A DNA stretch of 64,000 bases from Candidatus Woesearchaeota archaeon (lineage in GTDB: Archaea; Nanobdellota; Nanobdellia; Pacearchaeales; GW2011-AR1), in contig CAZXHH010000001.1 of NCBI GenBank assembly GCA_964639615.1, forward strand, positions 68,092 to 132,091, given 5' to 3'. Shown here one piece after another: positions 8,072 to 18,771 of this stretch. Under the pieces are notes generated by a model that did not search any database, was not told where the DNA came from, and saw nothing but the letters and a program-made list of their open reading frames with translations. The position numbers and the translations under genes were made by a program. Numbering within the stretch: the stretch's first letter is position 1; each line of letters starts with the position of its first letter.

Positions 8072-9445
8072 TTATACAGTATAATTCTTAGCTGAACTAG
8101 GGTTGAAAGAAAATATTTTAAGGAAATCTGCTACTCTTTCTCTCAATAATTTTGAATGCTCAACCCCTTGTCTAACTTCCCTTAATTTTGGTGCAATAAA
8201 TATATTCGGAATTAATCTCAAAACAAAGCTTATGAAAAATACAAGCAAAATTCCAGTTAATCCAAATAACTTTAAGTTTGGCATGCTAAGCAACTGTCCA
8301 CCAAGCAATCCTCCCAAAAATGTTCCAATTGAATTAATAAAACCAAAATATGCAAAGCATAAAATTATTCTTTGCTTTGTAACTGCATCATAAATGAAAT
8401 TACTTGTTGAGAGATTATAAGCTGCCCAGACAAATCCTGAGAAAAACTCAACAATAAAGAGATAACTCACTAATACCCAAATTGGAGCTTTCATTAAAAA
8501 TATAGAAAGTACCCATAAAATTGGTACAAAAGATGTCATAAATCCAGCTACTTTCAGTACTCTAATTGTTCCAATCTTATCTATTTTTTTTCCAATAAAT
8601 GCTAAGAATAATAGTGGAGAAAGTAATTCACTTAATTTAATCAAAGTAAATGAAAGATAAGAAAGATGAAGTTCCTTAATCATATAAACTGAAAAGAAAG
8701 GAGAAGCAATTGCAACAGCGAAGGCAATTATTGAAGTATAAATTACAAATTTTCCAAAATTATTAGAAGGCATCTTTTTGATGAATTGAAAAAAGCTAAA
8801 ATAAGAAGCTTCATCTTTTGTCGCTTTAGGCTCATATTGTCTCTTTAAAAAATAAAAACTAGTGTACCTTCCAATTGAAGCTAATAAGAATAAAATTGCA
8901 AACCCAAAAAATACTTGCCCTTCCTGTTTAAATGAATCTAGAATTAAACCTGCAGTTAACATGCTTAGGATTACAACAAAACCATTTAGCCTACTTCTTT
9001 TTCCAAAATAAGAACCCCTATTTTCCTCTACTAAATCCTGCATCCAGGAAGTCCAAGCAGGTGAAGCAATTGCCCCTGAAATTATAATTATTGAATAACA
9101 GATTATCAATAATATAGAAGCATATACAAAATTTAAATTAAGGAAAAAATATGAAAAACCAACTAAAATTAATGGAATCCAAAAAAATGCCTGAATAAAC
9201 ACAAAAGGCAAGACCATGCTTTTTCTTTGTCTTTTATAATATTCCTTTGTGAGAATTACTCTGAAAAAATTTCCAATAAGTGTTGGTAATGCTTCAAGAA
9301 TTCCAATTAATCTATTAGAAAATCCTAGAGATAAAGCGTATGGAGTAATATATCTTAATCCGACCCCATCCATTAAGCCGTAGAATGCCCCGTCACGTAA
9401 ACTATTCTTTTTTCCCTTTTCTTTCAAAATCTTTTCTTCTTCCAT
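8072..9445 (-). CDS. MFS transporter
   Basis: About 12 TM helices; AWTSWMQDLV...RGSYFGKR and GKKIDKIG motifs. Confidence 0.88.
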   Translation of the reverse strand: MEEEKILKEKGKKNSLRDGAFYGLMDGVGLRYITPYALSLGFSNRLIGILEALPTLIGNFFRVILTKEYYKRQRKSMVLPFVFIQAFFWIPLILVGFSYFFLNLNFVYASILLIICYSIIIISGAIASPAWTSWMQDLVEENRGSYFGKRSRLNGFVVILSMLTAGLILDSFKQEGQVFFGFAILFLLASIGRYTSFYFLKRQYEPKATKDEASYFSFFQFIKKMPSNNFGKFVIYTSIIAFAVAIASPFFSVYMIKELHLSYLSFTLIKLSELLSPLLFLAFIGKKIDKIGTIRVLKVAGFMTSFVPILWVLSIFLMKAPIWVLVSYLFIVEFFSGFVWAAYNLSTSNFIYDAVTKQRIILCFAYFGFINSIGTFLGGLLGGQLLSMPNLKLFGLTGILLVFFISFVLRLIPNIFIAPKLREVRQGVEHSKLLRERVADFLKIFSFNPSSAKNYTV

Positions 9446-9511
9446 ATACTCTTTTCATCTTTCCCTCCTCGGTTGTAGGCAATCAGAATATACTGAAGTT
9501 TATTTAAAAAT

Positions 9512-10342
9512 CTATCTTGTAATATCAGAAGTCTTTTTCCACTGAATATAATTTTTTTCAAGTAGCTCGATTACCTTTTGTCTATCTTCACTTTTACCTA
9601 AACCTTTCCAATCTATAACTGCAAAATCAACTTCTTCATAAGTTTTCTTAACTGCTTCTAAAATCATTTCTTGTGTAATAGGCATATTATACTCTGAAAT
9701 TATATGTGCAAAAGCAACATTTGATTTTTGCTGAAGCGCATTAAAGCTAGGACAATAATGTGGTCCCCCAATACCTATTGCAATCTCTCTATATTTATTC
9801 TCTTCGAATTGTTCAATTGTCTCTTGAATTGTCTTTGCAATAATAAAACCAACTCTTCTATTTCCCCATTCTAATTCAGTTGAACCAATTTCAATAAATA
9901 CACATGGCTTGCTTTCAATTAATGGCCCATGATGAGTTACTTCTAATGTAACAGAATACTCTTCTAAGTTTGCCTCTTTAACTTGGTCATTTAATTTATT
10001 AAAAATAAATTTGTTAAACAAAGCAGAAGATAAACAAACTTTACCTGGCATACCCCCGAAGTCTGCTTTTGAGAAATTCCCTGGAGCATGAACTGAAAGA
10101 GTTTTTCCTCCTTTCTCTGATTTATGCTTTGATGCAAAAATTATGAAGTCATATTGATTTATCCTTCCCATATCTAAATTTTCAGTATAGATTGTCTCTT
10201 CATCAACTAAGTAAAAATCAAAACTTGCTTTATTTTGCCAAGAAGAAAGAACAGGATTATCTTTAAATTGAGATAAGTGCGAACAGATGTTCATTCCTGC
10301 CTTATCCTTCTTACTAGCTATTACTAAATACTTTTTGAACAT
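9512..10342 (-). CDS. dtdA: D-aminoacyl-tRNA deacylase (archaeal DTD2/GEK1 type)
   Basis: FASKHKS, SVHAPGNF, LEVTHHGP, FIEIGS and GIGGPHY. Confidence 0.92.
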   Translation of the reverse strand: MFKKYLVIASKKDKAGMNICSHLSQFKDNPVLSSWQNKASFDFYLVDEETIYTENLDMGRINQYDFIIFASKHKSEKGGKTLSVHAPGNFSKADFGGMPGKVCLSSALFNKFIFNKLNDQVKEANLEEYSVTLEVTHHGPLIESKPCVFIEIGSTELEWGNRRVGFIIAKTIQETIEQFEENKYREIAIGIGGPHYCPSFNALQQKSNVAFAHIISEYNMPITQEMILEAVKKTYEEVDFAVIDWKGLGKSEDRQKVIELLEKNYIQWKKTSDITR

Positions 10343-10434
10343 AAAATATTGGAGATAAAATAATTTAAATGGTTTTTGATGGTAGAGGATAATATTATAA
10401 TTAATTATAAAAACCCTCTTAATCTAAATAAATA

Positions 10435-10695
10435 ATGAAAGAGATGTTTCAGTTCATAATTGCAATTGTTATTTTAATTCTTGGAGTTCCGATTGGAAAT
10501 ATTTTAGCTAAAAATACAAAAGAAGAACTAAAAGACGGTAAAATTTGGTTTTTAATTTTAATTTTCATCTGCTTAATTGGAGTAATTTTAGGTTTAATTT
10601 TCAAAAACGATATTCTTCTTTTTACATTCCTTTTTATTGCTGTTGTTACAAGCAGAAGTTTGAAAATTAAGGAAGATAAAAAAAAGAGAAGATAA
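10435..10695 (+). CDS. Small 3-TM membrane protein
   Basis: Three hydrophobic segments; TKEELKDGK loop. Confidence 0.7.
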   Translation: MKEMFQFIIAIVILILGVPIGNILAKNTKEELKDGKIWFLILIFICLIGVILGLIFKNDILLFTFLFIAVVTSRSLKIKEDKKKRR

Positions 10696-10727
10696 AAACT
10701 TAAAAACTAGGATAATTCTTGAAACAA

Positions 10728-10967
10728 ATGGAAGAAAAAAATATTGAAAAGGATTTAACTAAGATAATTGAAGAAGTCAATGCTAATTTTTCAGGAAAAC
10801 TGCTCTGTGGATGTTCTCCTGGAGAAGAGCAACTATTGGAAATTTATGAAGATGTTAAATATATTGAATTTATAGGAGCGTTTAGATACAAAGCAAAGTC
10901 AATGAAAGAACTTAAACCTCTTTTTGAGTATATAGAAAAAAATAATTACAAAACTAATCTTGAATAA
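10728..10967 (+). CDS. Hypothetical protein
   Basis: ORF fills the gap between neighbours; ATG 10728 preferred to TTG 10719. Confidence 0.55.
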   Translation: MEEKNIEKDLTKIIEEVNANFSGKLLCGCSPGEEQLLEIYEDVKYIEFIGAFRYKAKSMKELKPLFEYIEKNNYKTNLE

Positions 10968-10997
10968 TTATAAAAACACTTCTTTGTTATTTTATCT

Positions 10998-11771
10998 ATG
11001 ACAATTAGAATAGGTCCTGGAGGATTAGGTCCTGTAAAAGAGGCTGAAGGAAATTTAAAGGAGTATAACAAATTTAATTTTGGAAATTGTGAAGTAGAGT
11101 TCACTTATCAGGTTTATATGAATAAAGAAGAAGCTGAAAAAATAGGAAAGATTGCAAAAGAAAAAAACATAAAATTGAGTATTCATACATCCTATTTTGT
11201 AAATTTAAATTCAGAAGAAAAACAGAAAGTTCACGCAACAATGCAAAGAATTCTAAAATGCTGTGAAATAGGACACTATCTTGGTGCCAAAAGCATTGTC
11301 TTTCATCCAGGATATTATGGAAAATCAAAAGATAAGGAAGAAACATTTCAAAACATTAAAAAAAGAATTATAGAAATGATGGAAACAGTTAAAGAAAAAA
11401 AGTGGGATGTTGAATTATGTCCTGAAACAATGGGCAAAGTAAATGTATTTGGGAGTGTTGAAGAAATATCCAGATTAGTAAAAGAAACAGGATGCAGTTT
11501 TTGTATTGATTTTGCACATGTTTTGGCTCGTGATAAAAAGGTTGATTATGAAAAAATAAAGAAACTATTCCCACAAAAAGAATGGCACTGCCATTTTTCT
11601 GGAATTGAATATACTGAAAAAGGAGAAAGGAATCATATTAATTTAAAGAAAGAACAATGGAAAGAATTATTTGACAATTTACCGAAAGATAAAGAAATCA
11701 CAATTGTCTGTGAAAGTCCAGATCCTGTTGGTAATTGTATTGAAGGTTTGAAAGTTTTGAAATCACAATAA
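10998..11771 (+). CDS. nfo: Endonuclease IV-like TIM-barrel AP endonuclease
   Basis: SIHTSYFVNL, VFHPG, PETMGK, CIDFAH, HCHFSG, ERNH and CESP. Confidence 0.88.
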   Translation: MTIRIGPGGLGPVKEAEGNLKEYNKFNFGNCEVEFTYQVYMNKEEAEKIGKIAKEKNIKLSIHTSYFVNLNSEEKQKVHATMQRILKCCEIGHYLGAKSIVFHPGYYGKSKDKEETFQNIKKRIIEMMETVKEKKWDVELCPETMGKVNVFGSVEEISRLVKETGCSFCIDFAHVLARDKKVDYEKIKKLFPQKEWHCHFSGIEYTEKGERNHINLKKEQWKELFDNLPKDKEITIVCESPDPVGNCIEGLKVLKSQ

Positions 11772-11802
11772 TTCTTATAAATTAAATAAATCTGCTTAGA
11801 AA

Positions 11803-12216
11803 ATGGAAGAGTCACAATTTGATGTAAATGCACTTGCTAAAAAGTATGCTGAAAATTATGGAATAACTAAGCAAGGGGAAAAAGAATCAGATTATAATTA
11901 TAGAAGCAGAGTTTCTGGAGAGTTAAAGAAACAAGGCCGCCTTATTGAAGCTCATGAAGCTTTTTCTGGTAGAAGATATGATGACCCGAATCAAGGAGAA
12001 TGGGGGCCAATGACAGGACTTCTTGGTGCTGCTGCAAAAGCACTGCAGGGAATTGAATTTTCACCTAGCGATTATGAAGAACAAATTGGAGACGATTTAG
12101 CAGCAGGACAATTAGTGAAACATCATAGAAGAGACAATGGATTAGCTGAAATTATAAGAGTTCTTGGTCCAGATGGTGCAATAAATATGATTGACGTTGT
12201 AAGAAAATTGAAATAA
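11803..12216 (+). CDS. Hypothetical protein
   Basis: 137-aa ORF with TATA upstream; no motif recognised. Confidence 0.7.
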   Translation: MEESQFDVNALAKKYAENYGITKQGEKESDYNYRSRVSGELKKQGRLIEAHEAFSGRRYDDPNQGEWGPMTGLLGAAAKALQGIEFSPSDYEEQIGDDLAAGQLVKHHRRDNGLAEIIRVLGPDGAINMIDVVRKLK

Positions 12217-12228
12217 ATTTTATCTAAA

Positions 12229-12984
12229 TCAAGCTCCAATATTCAATAGAGTCAATCTATACATTATCAAAATACCAAGTAAAATTCCTGCAAGATTTCT
12301 GAATGAAAATTTATTTTCTTGTTGTTTGTGTATTTCTGGAATTAAATCACTGCCTGCAATATATAAGAAACCACCCACTGCAATAGGCATTACAATATAT
12401 GAAAATATCGCTGATTTTTCAGAGAAAATTATTCCAATTATTGCTCCAACAAGTGCAACCAGGGCTGAGAGAAAATTAAATAGAAGTGCTTTCTTTTTTG
12501 TATATCCAGAATATAATAAAACTCCAAAATCTCCTATTTCTTGGGGAATCTCATGAATTATTACAGCTAAAGTTGTTGCTATTCCTAGAGATATGCTTGC
12601 AAAATAAGAAGCAGATATAATTAAACCATCAATTAAATTATGCATTCCATCTCCAATTAAATTCATTGGGCCTAAATGATGCTTATGCACTTCACAATTT
12701 TGGTCATGACAGTGTCTCCATCTTATAAAATTTTCAATAACAAAAAATAAGATTATCCCTCCAAGAACTAAGAATGCTACTGTCAGTGTAAAACCTGTTT
12801 GTGAAATTATCTCTGGTAGCAAATGTAAAAAAGCCCCTCCTAAAAGAGAACCTACTGAAACAGCAACAAGAAATAAAATTAATTTATTCAAAGTTTTCTT
12901 TTTTATAAAAATAAAAAATATTCCTATTAAAGAAATTAATGAGATAATTATAACACTTAATATTATTGCAAATTGCGTATTCAT
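12229..12984 (-). CDS. ZIP family metal transporter
   Basis: AFLHLLPE, His-rich loop, DGMHNLIDG, HEIPQEIGDF and SDLIPE. Confidence 0.93.
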   Translation of the reverse strand: MNTQFAIILSVIIISLISLIGIFFIFIKKKTLNKLILFLVAVSVGSLLGGAFLHLLPEIISQTGFTLTVAFLVLGGIILFFVIENFIRWRHCHDQNCEVHKHHLGPMNLIGDGMHNLIDGLIISASYFASISLGIATTLAVIIHEIPQEIGDFGVLLYSGYTKKKALLFNFLSALVALVGAIIGIIFSEKSAIFSYIVMPIAVGGFLYIAGSDLIPEIHKQQENKFSFRNLAGILLGILIMYRLTLLNIGA

Positions 12985-13062
12985 TAAATTAAAAATGATT
13001 TAACACTTTTAATAGTTTAGGGTTATCAATAATAATATAAACCTGATTTTTTTAATTTTATC

Positions 13063-13779
13063 ATGTTATACTTAATAGGGTTAGGATTAGATGAAAAAAG
13101 CCTTTCAAAAGAAGCAATTGAAATAATTAAGAGATGCAAGAAAGTTTATCTTGACAATTATACTGTTGATTTTCCATATACTCATCAGGAATTAATTGAT
13201 GAGATAGGTAAAAAGGTAATTTCTGCAGATAGAGAAAAAGTTGAAAATCTTGAAATTGTAGGCGAAGCAAAAAAAATGGATATTGCTCTTCTTGTTTATG
13301 GAAGCCCTCTAACTGCTACAACTCACATTACACTGATTGAAGAAGCAATTCTTTCTGGAATAAAATATAGAGTCATAAATAATGCTTCAATTTTGGATGC
13401 TGTTGCTGAAACTGGTTTTCAGATTTATAAATTTGGAAAAATCGCTTCAATGCCTGCCTGGAAAAAATCATATGAACCAGATAGTTTTATGGATATTGTC
13501 AAAGAAAATAAATCAATAAAAGCACACACACTTTTACTAATTGATATAGGATTGCATATAAAACAAGCAATTGAGCAGTTAGAAAAAGCTGCAGCAAACA
13601 AAGGTGTCAAATTAGATAGATTAGTGATTTGTCAGTGCATGGGAACAAAAAGACAAAAAATTCTTTACAGAGAGCTTGAAGAAATTAAAGGATATACCGG
13701 TGTGCAAAAACCTTATTGCATTATAATTCCAGGAGAACTTCATTTCGTGGAAAAAAATATGCTCGAAGCATACAAATGA
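13063..13779 (+). CDS. dph5: Diphthine synthase (diphthamide methyltransferase)
   Basis: MLYLIGLGL, GSPLTATTH, NASI, YKFGK, HTLLLID and IIPGELHFVE. Confidence 0.92.
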   Translation: MLYLIGLGLDEKSLSKEAIEIIKRCKKVYLDNYTVDFPYTHQELIDEIGKKVISADREKVENLEIVGEAKKMDIALLVYGSPLTATTHITLIEEAILSGIKYRVINNASILDAVAETGFQIYKFGKIASMPAWKKSYEPDSFMDIVKENKSIKAHTLLLIDIGLHIKQAIEQLEKAAANKGVKLDRLVICQCMGTKRQKILYRELEEIKGYTGVQKPYCIIIPGELHFVEKNMLEAYK

Positions 13780-13798
13780 AATTAGTTTCGCAAAGAAT

Positions 13799-14596
13799 AT
13801 GAAAAAAAATTTAATTGTTGGACTTACATTTATTTTATTCTCAATACTTTTATCTTTTGCTAATGTATTTTTGATTACTGGAGCTGTTATTGGAACAAAT
13901 ATTTCACATTCTCTTATTACTATCTTAACTCTCGCTTTTTTTCTTTTAGGATTATTGTTTATTAGCAGATTTGGAAAAGGACTTGCAGCACTTGTTCTAG
14001 CTGGAACATTAATTGGAGGGCATGCAATTCATTCGCACAGAGAAAAACAATATTTAGAAGATACAAAAATAACTGCTTCATGGAAAACTGATTTAGGAAA
14101 ATTCCAGAGAACATATAGATGGGATGATGAACTTGATAAAGCTGAAAGAAAATACAAAATACCGAAAGGATTATTGAAAGGGCTTGCAATGAGAGAAAGT
14201 TACGGAGATCCATTGAGGCTAAATGAAGGAGAAGATGGTGGTGCTGGATTGTTTATGTTTCAACCACGGACAGCCAGAGCATATGGATTAAAAACTTATG
14301 GAAAATCTAACAAATCTAGTAAAGACTTGAAACATGGTGAACAATTAAAAGACCTGGTTAAGAAATATAAGAATGATTATAGAAAATTAGCAGAGATAGA
14401 TGAAAGATTTGATACTGAAAAATCTGCAGAAGCTGCTGCTAAATATCTAAGAGAAGATTATGAAAGATATGGTTCTTGGGATGATGCTCTCTCGGCGTAT
14501 AATCAAGGAACACCTGCACCTAGGTCTGATACTACTGAACACGTTAAGGCAGTTAAAAGATATCAGAAATACTACAAAAAGAGAGATAAGCATTAA
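13799..14596 (+). CDS. Membrane-anchored lytic transglycosylase (SLT/GH23 domain)
   Basis: N-terminal TM helices; AMRES (catalytic Glu), GAGLFMFQPRTA, AAAKYL and ALSAYNQG. Confidence 0.88.
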   Translation: MKKNLIVGLTFILFSILLSFANVFLITGAVIGTNISHSLITILTLAFFLLGLLFISRFGKGLAALVLAGTLIGGHAIHSHREKQYLEDTKITASWKTDLGKFQRTYRWDDELDKAERKYKIPKGLLKGLAMRESYGDPLRLNEGEDGGAGLFMFQPRTARAYGLKTYGKSNKSSKDLKHGEQLKDLVKKYKNDYRKLAEIDERFDTEKSAEAAAKYLREDYERYGSWDDALSAYNQGTPAPRSDTTEHVKAVKRYQKYYKKRDKH

Positions 14597-14844
14597 TTCA
14601 TATTAAATTCTAAATTCCTTGCAATCATTCTTGGAGGAGATATTTTTCTGAACATCTCATTATAAAGATTTTCTTTTATTCTATACTTTTTTTGTTCTGG
14701 AGGATCAGCATATTCCTTTCCTTCCACTCCTCCATAAATAAATGAAGAATATCTATCATTCAAAATATTCACTAACCTTTTGTTAAAATCTCTTCTATCC
14801 TCAAGAGGGAGTTTTGCTATATTTATATATAATTCATCTTCCAT
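14593..14844 (-). CDS. Hypothetical protein
   Basis: 83-aa ORF with 4-nt convergent overlap; TATA-like element upstream. Confidence 0.55.
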   Translation of the reverse strand: MEDELYINIAKLPLEDRRDFNKRLVNILNDRYSSFIYGGVEGKEYADPPEQKKYRIKENLYNEMFRKISPPRMIARNLEFNMN

Positions 14845-14923
14845 AAAAGATAAGAAAAATGAGCATTTTTAAGTGTTTCTTTCTTTCAAAAATATTAAAA
14901 ACTAGTATTTCTATAAAATTCCT

Positions 14924-17770
14924 ATGGCAAGTATAAAAGAAACTGAAGAAGAAATTCTTAATTTCTGGAAAAAGGACAAAACATTTGAGAAATCATTAAA
15001 GAAAACAGAAAAACAAAAACCATATATATTTTATGATGGACCCCCATTTGCAACAGGGCTTCCACATTATGGACATATTCTTGGCTCTGTTACAAAAGAT
15101 GTATTTGGAAGATTCTGGACTATGAAAGGAAAGTATGTAAGAAGAGTGTGGGGCTGGGATTGCCATGGATTGCCTATTGAAAATATAGCGGAAAAAGGTT
15201 TGGGAATTAATTCTAAAGACGAAATTGAAAAAATGGGTGTTAAGAAGTTTAATGATTATTGTAGAAGCAAGGTACTTGAATATGCTGGAGCGTGGGAAAA
15301 AGTCATTGAAAGAATTGGAAGATGGGCAGATATGAAAAATTCTTACAAAACAATGGATAACGAGTATATTGAAAGTGTTTGGTGGGCATTCAAAAAATTA
15401 TGGGAGAAAGAATATATTTACGAAGGTGAAAAAATTTTAATGTACTGCCCAAGATGCATGACTCCTCTTGCAAAAGCAGAAATTGCAATGGATAATTCTT
15501 ACAAAAATATAAAAGAAGATTCTGTTGTAATAAAATTCAAGTTGAAGAATGAAAAAATAAAAGAGGATAAAATTTATGCTCTTGCTTGGACAACTACTCC
15601 TTGGACACTTCCTTCAAATCTAGCATTGACAGTAAATCCAAAATTAACTTATTTATATATTAAAGACAATTCAGATAAAAATGTTTATTTGCTTGCAAAA
15701 GAAGTAGTAAAAAATTTCTACAAAGACAAAAGAGAATACGAAATAATAAAGGAAGTAAAAGGAAAAGAATTGGAAGGAAAAGAATACGAACCGTTATTTG
15801 ATTATTTTAAGGATACAAAAAATGCATTTAAGATTATACTCGGAGATTTTGTAACAGCTGAAGACGGAACCGGAATAGTTCATACTGCTCCTGCTTTTGG
15901 AGAGGAAGATTATGAAGTCTGTAAAAAATATAATATTCCAATAGTACAACCTGTTGATGAAAAAGGAAAGTTTACAAAAGAAGTAAAAGATTTTGCAGGA
16001 AAATTTGTCCATAGCACAAATAAAGAAATAATTGAATTCTTAAAAGAAAAGAAAAAGATTGTTCTTGTGAAAAATATTGAACACGAATACCCTTTCTGTT
16101 ATAGATGCGATACAAAATTAATTTATCGAGCAATACCTGCTTGGTTTGTAAATATTCAAAAGATTAAACCAAGAGTTCTTGAACTAAGCAAAAAAATTAA
16201 TTGGTATCCTAAATTCCTAAAAGAAGGAAGAGTAAAGTATACTATTGAAACTGCTCCTGACTGGAATATTTCAAGAAATAGATATTGGGCAACAGCTATG
16301 CCGATTTGGGTTTCAAAAGATGGAGAGAAACTAGTAATAGGCAGCATTGAAGAATTAAAAAAATATTCTAAGGGAATAAAAGGAGAAATAGATTTACATA
16401 AGGATTATCTTGATAAAGTTATTTTGAAGAAAGATGGGAAGGAATTTAAAAGAATTCCAGAAGTTCTTGATTGCTGGTTCGAATCTGGTGCAATGACTTT
16501 CGCACAATTTCACTATCCATTTGAAAATAAAAAATTCTTTGAAGATAATTTCCCTGCACAATTTGTTGCTGAATATATTGCTCAAATAAGAGCCTGGTTT
16601 TATTATATGTTAATCTTATCTGCAATTTTATTTGATGAAATGCCCTTTGAAAATGTTGTAACAACAGGAACAATTCTTGGTAAAGATGGGCAAAAGATGA
16701 GCAAAAGCAAAGGAAATTTTACTGACCCCATGATATTAATAGATAAATATGGTGTTGATGCATTAAGATTTTATTTAATGTCAAATCCAGTCATGAATGC
16801 TGAAAATCTGAACTTCTTAGACAAAGGTGTTGATGATGCATACAACAAAGTAATTTCTCTTTTGTATAACACATTAAAATTTTATGAAAATTATAAAGAA
16901 GATAAAATTTCAAAACCAAATTCAAAAAATATAACTGATAAATGGATTCTTTCAAGATTAGTGCAAACAGGAATATCCGTTGAAAAAAATCTTGAAGAAT
17001 ATAATACAATAAAGGCATCAAGCGAAATACTTCAATTTGTGAATGATGTTTCAACAGGTTATATAAGATTAAACAGAGATAGATTTGAAAACGATAAAAA
17101 TGCCAGAATTACTTTAGGTTATCTATTAGAGAATTTATCCAAGATAGTTGCTCCTCTAATTCCATTTGTTTCTGAAAAAATATACCAATCATTAGATAAA
17201 AAAAATTTATCTGTGCACCTACAAGATTATCCAAAATTCAAAGAGGATGATGTAGATACAAACCTTCTTCAAGAAATTACTCAGGCTAGAGAAATAATTT
17301 CAAAAGGATTAGCTGAAAGAGATAAATCACAAATTGGATTAAAATGGCCTCTTCAAAAAGCAAAAATTTATGGAAAGGATGTTGATTTAAATGACGAATT
17401 AATTGAAATATTAAAATCTCAACTTAATGTTAAAGAAATAGAAGTTGAAGATGAAGGAGAATTAAAAGTTGAATTAGATACAAAAATCACTCCAGAACTT
17501 GAAGCAGAAGGATATGCTCGTGAATTGTCAAGACAAGTTCAAGAATTTAGAAAAAAATTAGGATTAAATAAGAAGGAGACTATTCAACTTTATATTCAAT
17601 CAGAAAGCAATTTGAAAGAATTAATTTCAAATCAGATTGAATTTATAAAATCTAGAACAAATTCCAAAACAATTAATTTTGTTACAACCCTGGAGAAGGA
17701 AAACTTTAAAAATGAGATAGACTTCTCTATTAAAGATAAAAGGGGTAAAATAGGAATAGTTAAAAAATAA
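14924..17770 (+). CDS. ileS: Isoleucine-tRNA ligase
   Basis: DGPPFATGLPHYGH, WTTTPWTLP, DWNISRNRYW and KMSKS. Confidence 0.97.
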   Translation: MASIKETEEEILNFWKKDKTFEKSLKKTEKQKPYIFYDGPPFATGLPHYGHILGSVTKDVFGRFWTMKGKYVRRVWGWDCHGLPIENIAEKGLGINSKDEIEKMGVKKFNDYCRSKVLEYAGAWEKVIERIGRWADMKNSYKTMDNEYIESVWWAFKKLWEKEYIYEGEKILMYCPRCMTPLAKAEIAMDNSYKNIKEDSVVIKFKLKNEKIKEDKIYALAWTTTPWTLPSNLALTVNPKLTYLYIKDNSDKNVYLLAKEVVKNFYKDKREYEIIKEVKGKELEGKEYEPLFDYFKDTKNAFKIILGDFVTAEDGTGIVHTAPAFGEEDYEVCKKYNIPIVQPVDEKGKFTKEVKDFAGKFVHSTNKEIIEFLKEKKKIVLVKNIEHEYPFCYRCDTKLIYRAIPAWFVNIQKIKPRVLELSKKINWYPKFLKEGRVKYTIETAPDWNISRNRYWATAMPIWVSKDGEKLVIGSIEELKKYSKGIKGEIDLHKDYLDKVILKKDGKEFKRIPEVLDCWFESGAMTFAQFHYPFENKKFFEDNFPAQFVAEYIAQIRAWFYYMLILSAILFDEMPFENVVTTGTILGKDGQKMSKSKGNFTDPMILIDKYGVDALRFYLMSNPVMNAENLNFLDKGVDDAYNKVISLLYNTLKFYENYKEDKISKPNSKNITDKWILSRLVQTGISVEKNLEEYNTIKASSEILQFVNDVSTGYIRLNRDRFENDKNARITLGYLLENLSKIVAPLIPFVSEKIYQSLDKKNLSVHLQDYPKFKEDDVDTNLLQEITQAREIISKGLAERDKSQIGLKWPLQKAKIYGKDVDLNDELIEILKSQLNVKEIEVEDEGELKVELDTKITPELEAEGYARELSRQVQEFRKKLGLNKKETIQLYIQSESNLKELISNQIEFIKSRTNSKTINFVTTLEKENFKNEIDFSIKDKRGKIGIVKK

Positions 17771-17853
17771 CTACCTATCAGTAATCCAATAAGTTTACTC
17801 TTTTATCATAATAAAGTTTAAAAGGCAAAAGCACTAAGGTAATTACAAGTAAA

Positions 17854-18660
17854 ATGATAGTAAAAGATGAATTTTTAAGCAGATTAAGGAAGATTTTCGA
17901 TTTAAATCTATATGAAGTTAAAGTTTGGACAGCTCTTTTATCGAGAGGAACTTCAACTGCAGGAGAATTAAGTAATATTTCTGATGTTCCTCGTTCAAGA
18001 ACATACGACATTTTGGAAAGTCTTGAAAAAAAAGGATTTATTGTAATGAAATTAGGCAAGCCAATTAAATTTGTTGCATTAAAACCTGAAGAAGTTGTTG
18101 AAAGAGTTAAAAGAAATCTTATAAAATATGCTCAGGAAAGAACAAAAAGATTGGAAACTTTGAAAGACGATGAGGTTTTAGAAGAACTTAACGGATTATT
18201 TACAAAAGGAATTAAATTTGTTGAACCAAGTGAACTATCTGGAAGCCTTAAAGGAAGACAAAATATTTACAATCACATGGATATGATGATTCGTGATGCT
18301 GAAAAATCAGTAACTATTGTTACAACAGCTGAAGGACTTAATAGAAAACTTGAAGCATTAATGCCTGTGTTAGAAAAAACAAAAAAGAGAGGAGTGAAAG
18401 TTAGAATTGCTGGTCCAGTAAATAATAATAATCTTAAAGTTGTAAGAGAATTAAAAAAAGTTGCTGAAGTAAAAAATATGGAAAATATAAGAGCAAGATT
18501 TGTAATTATTGATGGTAATCAAGTAATGTTTATGCTTTTAGATGATGAAAAGTTCCATCCAAATTATGATATAGGAATTTGGATTAACACAGAATTCTTT
18601 GCTCAAGCGTTGGAACAAATGTTTGATCTTGCATGGAAAGATATGAAACAGGTGAAGTAA
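17854..18660 (+). CDS. TrmB family transcriptional regulator
   Basis: LNLYEVKVW...VPRSRTYDILESLEKKGF HTH with a C-terminal TrmB/PLD-like domain. Confidence 0.9.
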   Translation: MIVKDEFLSRLRKIFDLNLYEVKVWTALLSRGTSTAGELSNISDVPRSRTYDILESLEKKGFIVMKLGKPIKFVALKPEEVVERVKRNLIKYAQERTKRLETLKDDEVLEELNGLFTKGIKFVEPSELSGSLKGRQNIYNHMDMMIRDAEKSVTIVTTAEGLNRKLEALMPVLEKTKKRGVKVRIAGPVNNNNLKVVRELKKVAEVKNMENIRARFVIIDGNQVMFMLLDDEKFHPNYDIGIWINTEFFAQALEQMFDLAWKDMKQVK

Positions 18661-18771
18661 AGGTATATATTCCAAACATATAAAAACCAAAATATATTTT
18701 ATACAATATAATTATTAGATAAAATTGAAAGGAGGTATAAAATGGCTAAATAAAGTGTTACAAAAAAAGCG

